From contig JAQFVV010000003.1 in the NCBI GenBank assembly GCA_028023455.1, positions 25,792,001 to 25,856,000 of the forward strand: a stretch of 64,000 nucleotides of DNA, read 5' to 3'. The notes beneath the pieces were generated by a model that saw only the letters and a list, made by a program, of their open reading frames with translations, searched no databases and had not been told where the DNA came from. Below are positions 12,075 through 24,599 of this stretch, one piece after another. Both the position numbers and the translations under genes were made by a program. Origin of the DNA: Epiperipatus broadwayi (Eukaryota > Animalia > Onychophora). Numbering within the stretch: position 1 is the stretch's first letter; each line of letters starts with the position of its first letter.

Positions 12075-14180
12075 ATCATCATCATCATTTTTAACTATTA
12101 TCAATCTACTGCAGAATGAAGGTGTTGCCAAGTTTAATCCATATTCTCTGATCTCTAGCCTTTCTTCTCCACATCACTCCAGCATATTTCCTTATTTCAT
12201 CCATCCATTTCACATATGGTCTTTTTCTAGATCTTTTACAATCTTTTGAAATTCCATTTGAGATTTCAATTGTTTATCTATTATGATTTCTTCTAGCAAT
12301 ATGTCCAGCCCAACTCCACTTCAGTTTTTTAATTCTTTCAACAATGTCAATAACATCTGTTTGTTCTCTCATTCATGTATTTTGTTTTCAATTTCTTCTT
12401 GTTATGTCCAAGTCACATATCCATAAGTAAGAACTGGTAAAACATGTGTATTAAAAACCTTCCTTTTCAAAAGTACAGCATATTTTCTTTTAATATTAAG
12501 TTATTTCTACCAAAAGGACTCCAACAAAGTTTAATTCTATGATTAATTTCATACATTACATTTCCATCTGTAGTAATAATTTGATCAAGGTATTTGCAGT
12601 TGTTAACTTCTTCTAACTCATCATTATCAATCTTCATTTCCATCTTTTGAAAAAATACATTGAACATTACATTAGACTTTTTAACTTTTATTTTTAATCC
12701 CACTTTCTTATTTTCATCTGATAACTCCTACAACATTCCTCGAAGCTCTAAAGCATTATTTGCATCTATAAAATTTAGATGACTAAATAATCTCCATTTA
12801 CTTTTACTCCTTTAGCTTCACATTTTAATCCCCACAAAATACTTCTTGCAGCAGTGTTGTAAAACATTTTGGAGATATGGAGTCACCCTGTCTTACACCC
12901 TTCTCAATGTTGACTTTCCTAGTATCATTATGTAATCTAATTGTTTCTGTTGCAGTTTTATAAATATTCTTCAGAATATGACAATATCCTGGGTCTATAC
13001 CTTAATGATCCAATCTTTAATCATTGAAGAAATGCTTATAAAATCAAATACCTTTTTATAATCTACAAATTCAAAGCATAATGGCAACTCATATTTATTT
13101 GTTCTTTTTACAAACTCTCTCAATACTTTGATATGATCCACTATACTAAAACCATTTTTAAATCCAACTTGTTTTTTTGGTTGGTTAAAATCCAAAGTTC
13201 ACTATCGATGAATTGTAATTATTTTGATAAAAATTTTGTATAGAGCTGATAAAAGACTGATAGGTCTGTGATTTTTAATATTTTTTATTCCTTTTTTTAA
13301 ATATTAATACTGCATTCTTCCAATCTACTGGTACATCTTTATCATTTAGACATTTGGTGTATAACTTTGCCAAAAAAAATTCTATTTCTTCAGCTTCTGT
13401 TTTTAAGATATCAATTATAATTCCATAATTTCCTGCAACTTTTGTCTTTTTTATAAACTTAATTGCATGTCTCACTTCTTTATTTAAAATTCTGGGCAAT
13501 TCAGAAGATATAGTAGTTGTAAGAGATACTTTCCCTTGTTCTTTATTGCTATATAATTTCCTGATAGAACTCTTCTACACATTTCATGATGTTGTTCTCC
13601 TGAAGGTTTGTGATAATGGTGTTTTAGTTGTATTTTTATATTGGACTATTTCCATCATCTAATATGAGTATTGAATGTCTTTAGAAAAATTTAACTTTAT
13701 TTAAATATTCCAAATACATTCAACTGTTGATGTGCTGCTACTAACAGTTGAATGTATTTGGTTAAATTTTTCTCAAGACATTCAATACTCATATTAGATG
13801 ATGGAAATAGTCCAAAATAAAAATACAATTTCATAATGTCACCTCTCTTTTTAATGATAGTTCCATCTTTTTTCTTCTGCAGAAATGTTTTCTACCAATA
13901 CCAGTACACTCTTAAGACTTTTATCCTCTTCTATAGATTTCCTTGATAGTTCACAATTATATTTTCTTATATCATTACCAACTCTTTTTTGCACCACATT
14001 ACAAAATTTGAGATATTCAATCCTTCTTAATGCATCATTTTTATATATTTTCATATTAATTTTTTTCCTCATAAATTGTCTTGCCTCAGAAGAAATTTTA
14101 CTGGCCAATTACTCTGCAATATACATGCATTTTCCGCTATCAGCTACCAATAATCCCTGTAAATATAATAGATGTATGAC
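12075..14180 (-). mobile_element. Degenerate RTE-clade LINE (reverse transcriptase pseudogene)
   Basis: Minus-strand ORF fragments LASKISSEARQ..., PRILNKEVRHAIK...VPVDWKNAV, QVGFKNGFSIVDHI...FVDYKKVFD and GLKIKVKKSNVMFN...KYLDQ are in RT domain order. (GAT)n tail at ~12077-12088. Confidence 0.9.
13593..13827. mobile_element. Fold-back insertion within the RTE relic
   Basis: About 33 bp of unique tail, then inverted arms. Flanked by ATTTCATGATGT / ATTTCATAATGT (13581-13592, 13828-13839; 11 of 12 match). The RTE reading frame is joined across the insertion. Confidence 0.8.
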
Positions 14181-14389
14181 TTTGATATTTTAATGGTAAC
14201 TGATTTGGAATCATAGTGTAAAACTCGATTTTTTTTAGACTACCACAGGCAATTGGAGATTTTACTCAGCTTAACTTTTTTATAAAATATATTATGGATA
14301 TTGAACTCTTGATCATGTGTTTTTCTTTTTTAATCTCAGCTAAAGTAATAGGATTTAATATTAAGAACTGCTGATATATTCTATATGTT

Positions 14390-14668
14390 TCACTTGTTAA
14401 AACAGTGACAAATCTCTCCATAAAATAGTGCCAACCAATGCAAGCCACAGTAATCATTGGATGATAAAAGATTTGTGTTTCAAAATCCCTTTCTAGTACC
14501 TACTCATTCAATATCCCCAGAGTGGTTTCTACCTTGTGGCTTTCATCAGTGGAGAGCCTGCACTTAAATCTGCTCTTAAAGTAAGATCCATCAATGGTGA
14601 AGATCATAAATTAGAAACTAATCTGGGGGTGGGCACTAGATAGGGATTTTGATGCATAAACCTTCTAG
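14390..14668. mobile_element. Family H2 fold-back element with two degenerate hammerhead motifs
   Basis: Homologous to 45818-46362. Minus strand 14515-14555 reads TCTCCA-CTGATGA-aagccacaaggta-GAAAC-CA-CTC-TGGGGA. Plus strand 14587-14629 reads TCCATCA-ATGGTGA...GAAAC-TA-ATC-TGGGGG. The left boundary is uncertain. Confidence 0.75.
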
Positions 14669-15130
14669 AATCTATTAATTATTATGGTTTGGTGATTATG
14701 TGATATTTTATTTGTTACTGAAAAAAAAAAAACTTTTAGTGTTGAATCCCAATTTTTTTTATTTTTGGATAATTATAGGTAGTTGGAAATTTCACACTTA
14801 AACATTAGTATAACTTTTTTATAAAAATGTGGTAGGTGGTGTGGTTTCTTTATTTTAATCTTGGTTAAAATAATAGTGATCTAATAGCAAAAGCTACCAC
14901 TGTATTTTTTTCATTTTGTTTTTAAAATTATTGGAAATACATTTTAACATAGTATTGTACATCTTTTGATATTATATATTTTATTCAGTTAAGAATCATT
15001 AAGTACTATATATGTTTCGATAATATTAAGATTTTTTAATCTGATTTTTTAGCAGATACTATGAAAACTGTAGACTTTGTATATATATTATAGCCTTGTA
15101 ACATCATGTTAACTGATTTTAAAATGCTCA

Positions 15131-15188
15131 AAAAATAGAAGGGTACAGATTTAAGTCCCAAAAATAGAAGGGTACAGATTTAAGTCCT
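15131..15188. repeat. 29-bp tandem duplication
   Basis: AAAAATAGAAGGGTACAGATTTAAGTCC(C/T) occurs twice, adjacent. Confidence 0.95.
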
Positions 15189-15749
15189 TTATATTAATGG
15201 TTAATCTACAATTCTTGACATAGCTGTTATCAACTATTTCTATCATCATCATCATAATAATAAAACAAAAAAAGCAAGGTAAAATAGATTCAATTTATGA
15301 ACAATATTTAATTCATTGATGTAAATAGGGGGATTTGAACTCAGGATTTTTCAGCATATTTATATGCTAGCATTGATTCATTGTAATAACGAATTTTACT
15401 TCATGCTACTTTAAGGTTTTTTAATGTGTATAGTACAACATCATCAATACTGTAAAAACTGTATTTCAAATTTTAAAATTTACATTGTGGTGAGTTAAAT
15501 CTTTCATAAACCACACCCCCAAATAGAGAAATAATAAAAGAGGTGACATTATTTACAGATTAATCTTATCTTTTTATTTTATTTTATTTTACCATCTCTA
15601 GCTTATCAACCATTAACTGGATAATTAATTACATGGTATATGAGCTGATTATTTGAAAAAATAAAATCAAAGTTGTCTGAAATTTTTGACTACTTGAAAA
15701 ATTTCAAGTTTCATTCATATTCAAACCCCAGGTAGTATGATTGGCAGTC

Positions 15750-16860
15750 TAACCCATTACTTCATATAATACGACAATAATATTTATTTTCATAAAAGAT
15801 TCTGTATTTTAATATTTTAAAAATTACGCCCTGATTTAAGATATAATACCTTATCATTAAGAAGTTGTAGAATTGTTATTATTGAAACAAATTAAATGGA
15901 GATTAAATATAGTTTGGTATAAAGAGTGAAAACTCCTTTACTGATGCGTTATTACAGTTTGTGTGCTCTGTGTGGTGGATGACAGACTTTGGAGCTCAAA
16001 ATCCATGGATCGCAGACATATACACACGCTTTTAGTTTTTAAAAAGAGCTATTAATTTTATTGTTTTGAAATCTAAAGACAGTAAAATCTTTCTCAAATA
16101 ATATTGTTTTCTTCACGTGATAACTGAACAGGCATCTGGACTCCAAAACTTATTGCAGTCAGTCGACTAAACTACAAATTGTTTCCTCATTCCTGACAGA
16201 TGTATATATTAAAAAATACATCTAAGAATTTAAAGTTGCTTCAATAAATACTTCGCTACAAAGAAATATGTAAATCAGCTAAGTTGAGCTAACACTGTCG
16301 CTCATAAAATAAGAATACAAGTATTGTGAAACTCCAAAAGATAAAAAATGATATCTTTTTATATGAGAATACAAGTCAGAAAATGGACGCATGACTGGTA
16401 AATAATAATAGAGGTCGGATATTATTCACGCCATAACCAATTAATTCAACCTATAGTTAGCCGTGAAAAAAAAAAAAAATAATACAAATTTATTTACATG
16501 TATATGTGTTTATGAGATTAAAAATTATTTCTTCCGACACAGAAAAGTAAGAATAAATAGAAACGACAGATATTTAATAGAATTTTAAAATGCAACAAAG
16601 TATTTCAAACTTTTCTTAAAAGTAAATAAGGTATTGCAGAGACAAGTGTAGAAGATACACATAGGTAGAAACTGTCAACACCTGTAAAAGCAAAAACGCG
16701 TTATAGGGGTATGACTGATAGTATTAGATTTCCAGGCATTCAAATGTTGACCGATTTTTAATTTTAAAAATAACACATATTCCCAAATAAGTCTGGGATG
16801 GAATTTTTTAGTTAGCACGCGCAATGACTAATTCTGCTACTCTCTATCACTAAATAGTAA
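15750..16860. promoter_or_regulatory. CpG-retaining patch (candidate regulatory DNA)
   Basis: CpG density is clearly above background, with no recognisable TE protein homology. Confidence 0.35.
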
Positions 16861-17928
16861 ATAGATAGGTAAAAATATACTTTTCTCATGTACTGTATAT
16901 GAAAAAATCCTATTATCATTAAATATTTTAAATTTATTAATACCATCATATAATATAAGAGTACTTATATGTTAACACCTACAAATATGTATTTTCATTG
17001 ATAATGTATACTTATTCAATCATGCTATGATATTTATGTTCAAACATATACCTATGTGTAGGTCTTTCTTTTTATATGTTACTCGTATTTTCTCTTTCTA
17101 TATTTTGCTCTTAAACATAAATCTTATAACAAATGCTCATCTAATTTTATTAGCTCATAATTATTCAATCCCATACTAGTGCTTAGTTTTCTATCCAAGA
17201 TGTCTGAAAGTTGGATCATATCCTAGAATACTTTTAAACAGCTATAACAATAAAAAAATTCTACATATTCATTTATGTGTCCGTGTGAAAATATTTTTGT
17301 GGATAGAAAATATTAGCATAAATTTAATTATAGCACAGACATTTTGGATATTATAACAATAAAACTGTTGAGATCAAACTAAGACATAAGTTCTCTTATA
17401 ATAGTAACAAGCAACCATGCACATAGAATAATTTAAACACTATTCACACAGACATACATTTATAATTATTACAATCTTTTTATAAACTTAAAAATCTTAA
17501 TAGGGCGCCACCTGAAAAGTAAATATATAATATTCGATCTGTATTATCAGAGTTTTTATGCCATGTAATGGGTGAATATATATATATTAATACGTATATA
17601 ACAATATTTATCAAAAAAAAAACCCATAAGCTCTATACTGATCATATAAGGCTAATGCCCTTAATATTTCTAAAACTATTTTAGCAATTAAACATAACAT
17701 AAAGTAGTATATAAGTAAAGTAACAGTCTGTTCAAAGAAAAATTAGAGCATATAATGAATTCTATAATAAAAAAAAATAATAAGGTGCCTGAGCCTGCAT
17801 TGAATATATTTTCTATATTTTTCATTCTACAAGATGAAAATAAAAAAAAAGGAATCATATTTTTGTGCATATCAAATATCAAAAAATAAAGACAGAAAGA
17901 GAAACAATATTTTATTGAAGAAAGTTAT

Positions 17929-18999
17929 TTGAACTCAGACTTTCACATGGTCCTCAACCATCCCTGTTATCTCCTACTGCTGATACACTTGATCACACAC
18001 ATGTCGAAAAGATAAATAATCATCAATATATGTATTTCATGCTAAACCAGTATGCGTCAGTTGGTCCAGATTATCATCTCCACACATATATACAATCAAT
18101 GCTCAGCTTATATTAAGATAGCCAATCTTTATACTTTAATGAACAGACTTCAAACTACTCTACCCCACAATTCTTCAGCCATCCATTTCATTGAAAATCT
18201 AATGATGGAATGCTCAAAGCCCCCAATCAGTGCCAACTTTCTCATCCTTCCCATGCTGACCATAAGTCACTCTGACCCCTCATGTCCAGGATCTAATTCA
18301 TTTACATACATATATGAGGAATGGGCAGACCTTAATGCACTATATTTTAAAATATGAATTTTTCTACAGTACAGGCTTTTTCATACCTGCACTTTTATAT
18401 GTAATATATTGGGGATTTGAACTCAGACTTTCACATGACCCTCAACTATCATGCTATCTCATACTATTGATACACTTGAAAAAGCCTGTACTGTAGAAAA
18501 ATTCATATTTTAAAATATAGTGCATTAAGAAATGCCCATCCCTCATATATGTAAATGGATTATGTCCTGCACATGAAGGGTCAGAGTGACTTATGGTCAA
18601 CATGGGTTGGATGTGAAACTTGGCACTAATGTGAGCTTAGAGTGTTCCATCATCAGATTTTCAATGTGAATGGCTGAAGAGTTGTGGAGTGAAATGGTTT
18701 GAAGCCTGTCCATTAAAGTATGAAGATTGGCTGTCTTAATATAAACTGGACATTGATTGTATATATGTGTGGAGATGATAATCTGTACCAACTGACAAAT
18801 GCTGGTTTAGCACAAAATACATATATTGGTGATTATTTATATTTTTGATATTTATATTTTTGATATGTGTGTGATCAAGTATATCATCAGTATGACATAG
18901 CATGGATAGTTGAGGGTTGTGTGAAAGTCTGAGTTCAAATCCCTATATATTACATATAGAAGTGCAGGTATGAAAAAACCTGTATTATAGAAAAATTCA
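17929..18999. mobile_element. Family R1 tandem plus inverted retrozyme-like insertion
   Basis: 16-bp TSD TATTGAAGAAAGTTAT (17913-17928, 19000-19015). Unit period is 488 bp (GAACTCAGACTTTCACATG at 17931 and 18419). Orientation flips at ~18479. Hammerhead relics at 18022-18066 (-) and 18787-18830 (+). Confidence 0.85.
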
Positions 19000-21849
19000 T
19001 ATTGAAGAAAGTTATGTACATGTAGCCAAGATTTCTTTTTTGAAATGTTTTGGTGATTATTCCATATCATTTAACTGACATCTTGAAAATGCAAATAAAA
19101 CAATATAGCCTCAGGGGAAACTGATAATAAGCTAACAGAAAGATTTGTAACAACAAACAACAACAAAAAAAAATAAAAAAATAAAAATCAAATTAAAATT
19201 ACAAATTTTTATTTTATTTTAGTTGAAAATATTATGGTACAAGCATTGTTTTTGAAAGTGAAAATAGCAGTTATCCTTTTTTTTTTTTTTTGGCTTCATA
19301 ATAATATAAGATAAATCTACTTGACTAGAAAAGATACAAACATCTACTGAGTGTAGCCAAACCAGGTGATTTACAATTGGATGTAACAAGCATAAAGATA
19401 ATGCCTAATTCAGATATTGAATTTATCATAGACATCAACAGCATGCAGTAGAGTGACAGACACAAAAATTAAGGATTCATAAATTGATGGACTCACTTTG
19501 GCCAACTGATCACAATTTTGATGATTGAAGATTACATAACTTTCTGGACAACCAATCATATGAATATTTATTTATTGTGTTTTTTGATACCTTACTTAAC
19601 ACTCATATTTTATTTATACAGAAAGCAATGTTCATTAAAATAAATTTGCAAATATTATTTTTTATTACTCATGTTATCTGAATGCAATCTACAAAATGGA
19701 CAACAAAAAATGTCAATAATACCATTTAATAACAGGATTTATACTATGAAATTTTTAATTGTTATGAAGCAATATTTATAAACTTATTTTAATGTGGATT
19801 GCCACCTTTGGCTGTAAATTATAGATCTTAAGTAAGGCATTAAAATAAAAACTGTTTTTGTGGAGACATGAGAAAATCAGTCAAAGTACCTCAAAACTGA
19901 AAATTAGGATAGAGGATATAAAAACAAAACATTGCTTACAACATTATAAAATAATCTTAAAAAGGTAAAGGTAAAAAAAATGACAGTGAAATCAATAACC
20001 AAATATGATGGTTTGATCATCATTGAAAATGAGTATGAGTATCTTGATTAATGGTCTGAGATGTAGGACAAAAAATTTCTGAGATAAGAAATAAGCAAAT
20101 TGAATTTGTCTTTGAATACTTTATATATATATATGTATATACTTAATTATATAATTATGTATATTGCTTTGAAGAAATACAGACATTGAATTATGATATT
20201 ATTACATATATATATAAGGCAAACAATTTTTAAGTAACCAACTACAGACCAAAAGTCTTTCCAATAATTCTTCATAAAGAAATGATGAAAGAGAATGGCT
20301 GGACAATGAAGATTTGAACACTTTTTCATCTTTATTTTATTAACTAACTAAGAATATTTCGATGCCCATTTACTGACTATGACCAGCTATCTGAAATAAA
20401 TACTCAAGTGTTTTTAGATTGGATTTAAATCTACATCAAAGACATAGCAGGTAAATACGCTACAATTACCCTGAGATTTTTGGATATATATATATAGAGA
20501 GAGAGAGCCTTTAAATAGCCCACTGCAATACAAAGGCTTTTCTGCATCTTAATAAAATTGGTAAGTAATTGTCTAAACTAGAAGAGCAATCATGCCTATA
20601 AAATTTGAAGCTATTTTTGGTAAACCTTGAGATTTTTCAGTTTACAAACAGACAGATTTATTTATTTTTTTAGATCAATAACCTGTAGCCAATCTGGTAA
20701 CAGTATCCAATGATTATCAGTTACTGAGTATCTAGCTATTCTTTTACTATAAAATTATATATAATAAATACATATTTGAAAAAAATCTTGTGCTTGCTTT
20801 AGGACATCTTTTACTTTCTGAAAATTGTTTCTAATTCTTTTCTGGATTTCATTCTCAGTTCTTAGAATAAAAAACAAATGCACATTTAAACATATTATTT
20901 AAAAATATAAGTAAATAAAATGAGGAATAGCATATAGAGGAAACTATAAAGAATATCACATGTTACTATGGTGCATTCATTCAACTTCCATATCTACAGA
21001 CTGATTTCAAATCAAAAGTAAAGTTAGAAAAATTTTCAGATTTTAATCATGCTTAGGATTTCTGAAATTTTGATTTTTGCTAACTTTTTTGATTCATTTT
21101 CTAATTATTAATAGACTTGGTATTTTGATTTCTAAAAGTAGTTGATTTTTATTTTGGTCGTGAAATTATGTTAATATTTGTATGGTCATTTATTATAAAT
21201 GCAAATTTTTTTTTTTTTTCATGTTTGATTGTTGTAGTAATTTTACCTTTTGGTCACGTGATTATGCTGGCAGTTTTTTGTTTCTTTTTTTTTTTTTAAT
21301 TTTGCTAATTCATTTTTTAATTCTTGATGAAAATTTCGATCTTTAATGGACAAAATAACTGGAACACTGCCCTAAGTTATGTGCCATGCTTTATTGTTTA
21401 GGTGGGACAGTGGTGGTTTTAGAACTTCCTTAGAAACCAAAATTGCAGCGAGCACTTTTTAAACTAGTACTAATTTTTTTTTAAAGAGCCATCACATAGC
21501 CAAATAATCAAACATCTATTATTTGTTAATAAATGGGTATTTAATTATTTTTGGCAAAATATGAAAATAAGGATAGAAAACTGCCCAAACTCTCTCTAAA
21601 TCAGCAATTGGAAAGTCTGAGTAATGCTTTTGCCTCATTATTCTTATATGATTTTGTCCTGGAAGTAAATTAAGTTTTATCTACTTAGATAGGTATATGG
21701 ATGAACGGTCAGTTAGCTAAAATATTTAAAATCCAGAATCCTCTCTGAAAAAATGAAAGTGAAAAGAATTTATAATATATATATAATGAGCAAGTTAGTT
21801 CACAAATAAATATATGCATAAACATAGTTTATAATTTACTTACAGATGC

Positions 21850-23220
21850 AACGAAAAGCCAAACCAACAAGCTGTAATCAAATCTTACCCACATTGATCT
21901 AACGTCTTTTAGGAACAGAGAATCTGAATCTCTTTTGTTTGTACTATTTATTTACCATTTATTAATCAAGTTAATGTAAGATTAACTCTCTAAATGTAAA
22001 AGACTCTAATCGCTGAGCTAATGCAATATAATAAAGTTAAACATTATTGACTAATATATAATTTAATAAGAGCTTTAATTTAACTAACCTGGTGGAGGGG
22101 AAACTTTGATCGTTCTACCAAATAATACCATCCTGAAATTAAATCAAATACTGAAATGTAGTTCCTTTCAATTAATCCGTAATAGTATATTAATCGCAAG
22201 CTTTTTTTTTTCCGTCACTGAGAGATTTAAAATTTTAGAATTATTGCAATAAAAATGAAAAGTCCTAACTCCGTGATTGCAATGTCCGAATATCTTTTAA
22301 ATAGCAGGGGAGCTTGACAGCAACTTTAATGGTCAAATAGTACAAAAGACCGTTCCATTCATAACATGTCAAAATTCAAAGACAAATATTTGGTTTCAGA
22401 GTGAAAAATGTTTTAACGCGCACCGTGAGATGAGATTGGATTGTTGAGCAATTTATTTAAAATTTTGATTCCTAGTATATATTTTTCCAATTATAATTTA
22501 ACGTCTGCATTATTAATCAAACAGTTAAAACTTTTTTTACTGCGCGCATAAGTTAAAAAGTGGAGCAATATAACAACAGTATTTAGTAATTAATCAACAC
22601 GCTTAATACTAATTTTTAAATTTACTTTAAAATTTTCGGTATAGTTAAAGCTATTGCATATTACTACCGCTAACCGCAATTCTACGTTGAACACACTCGC
22701 TCTCGTTTGATTACCAAAGTTAAGCAATTTAGTCTCAATTAGTATTTGGATGTGTAACCGCCTGGAAACCCTGAATGCTGTAGACTTATTTGGTTAGTCT
22801 GCTTGGTTTCGTGCGGTGACAAAGCTCAAAATTCATGGATTGCGATCTAACTCCGTTGCTTCAGGCGCTGGATCTTTTATGAACTCTCCAGCAATAAAAT
22901 CATTCTATTATCTTTTATTTAATGCATTTGTTGTGAAGATTTTTAAATCCACAGTTATAATCATCATTGCAGATATACACTTTCAATCTATTAGTTTATT
23001 CTAAATTAAACATCTTAAAAACAAATAATTATTATTAATTACACTTGTATATAGGAAAATATCTGGCGCTCCAAATAGAGCAGCCAATAAACAATACCTG
23101 ATCAAAAACATCTCCTCCTATCTCATTGAATAAAATGTCGGACCATCAAAACCCAAATGCTGTTAAAAAACCTACTTCCTTCCTTCTTTTGAAACATATT
23201 CTGCTTATCGTGAGATTCTT
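21850..23220. promoter_or_regulatory. CpG-retaining patch (candidate promoter/enhancer)
   Basis: About 25 CpG counted by eye in 22170-22880. CCAAT-type boxes at ~22436 (ATTGG) and ~23086. No TE homology seen. Confidence 0.45.
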
Positions 23221-24599
23221 TGCTCTAATTGGGTAATTGATGCTAAGTGTCTGTATGACCATCTTTTAATTACATGTGCAACAATTAATCTTCCAATCTT
23301 TTTTCTCTCTCTCTTTATTTTTTGTGTAAGGCAAAAAATTATCTTTATTATTATACTATTTAATTCATTTATATGCAACCTATAATTGGCATATAGTGTG
23401 GTGGAATTGTACATTAAATAAATAAAGTGAATTATTATTGTTCAAAGGAACTTTATTGAAAAAAATTTATAATAGGTTATAGATCAGATATTTACATATT
23501 TATAAGGACAAAGTAAGTACAACCAGAAAATATATGTAAAAACAACAACAAAAAAAGAACTTTAAATATATATACACAATAAAATAGAGTAAATAGTAAA
23601 TAAATTTTGTATACACCATAAGAGTATATCATTTTTGTATTGTTATTTTTGACTTTTAAATTATTATAAAACCAGACATGTATCCAGCCTAAGTAAAAGC
23701 CACCATTTTTTATTAGTATTTCAGAAAAAAATTTGTAAAAGGTTGCTTTAACAAATTTTTTTTCAGAAATGTTACAAAAACATAAGTCATTTTCGTAATT
23801 ATATGCTAACCAAAACTAAATTTAATTATGGAAGTATAGCATCTATTTCCCCCCTCAACTAAATATCATATTTCAAACATGAATTTATGTACTGTAATCA
23901 CACTTTCTTCACAATTTAAATTCTATATCTATTCAGTTCTGTACAGTACTTAAAGCACATGTACAGATTTTTTCCCCAAGCAATTTCCCTTTTCAATAAG
24001 TTTTATTCCATCTGTCTTGTTTTGAATAATACGCTCATAATCAAAGTAAGCCTCTTAAATATAAAAAGGAATTACTTTCTTTATGCTTCATAAAAAATTA
24101 TAATGACAGAACAAATAATTTTTTCTTTGAAAAATACACTCTCTAACAAAAAAATGTTTACTTGGATATCATGTGACATTCTTCCAGACATTTAGGGATT
24201 TTATATATAAGAAATGGGCTATTGGAAAGAAGTATAAAAAATAGATAGACCTAAGAATGTAATTAATATAAAATCAAAAGAATTCTAAAATGCTTCAAGT
24301 TCTATTTGATAATAATTGAATAATTTGGTCCTATAAGAGTCAGAATATAAGTTTAAATTATTTTAAGCAAGCATAATTTGCTAATTGAATCCAATCTCCT
24401 ATTCCAAATATTCCCACCATAAATTCATTTATTTGTCATTATTTATGATGTGAATTATATGGAATATAATATAGTGTTAATAATTGTATAAATCTCTTTT
24501 TTTTATTTTAAAAATTATTAATATATAATACATTCACATATATAGTTAACTATATCAAAATATATTGTTTAAGTTGAGGCTTTTTAATCAACATCCAAG

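Noticed and set aside
14183-14710. TGATATTTTA direct repeat as the TSD of the H2 element
   Set aside because: Only 10 bp and very AT-rich, and the left boundary is undefined.
20150-20330. L1 3' cysteine-rich fragment (-)
   Set aside because: Short, and the CCHC spacing is not recoverable.
21410-21470. Helitron-like 3' end (GCAGCGAGCAC...CTAGT)
   Set aside because: No clear subterminal hairpin, 5' TC end or second copy in the window.
22760-22880. pre-miRNA hairpin
   Set aside because: Pairing is partial with large bulges, and I recognise no mature miRNA sequence.
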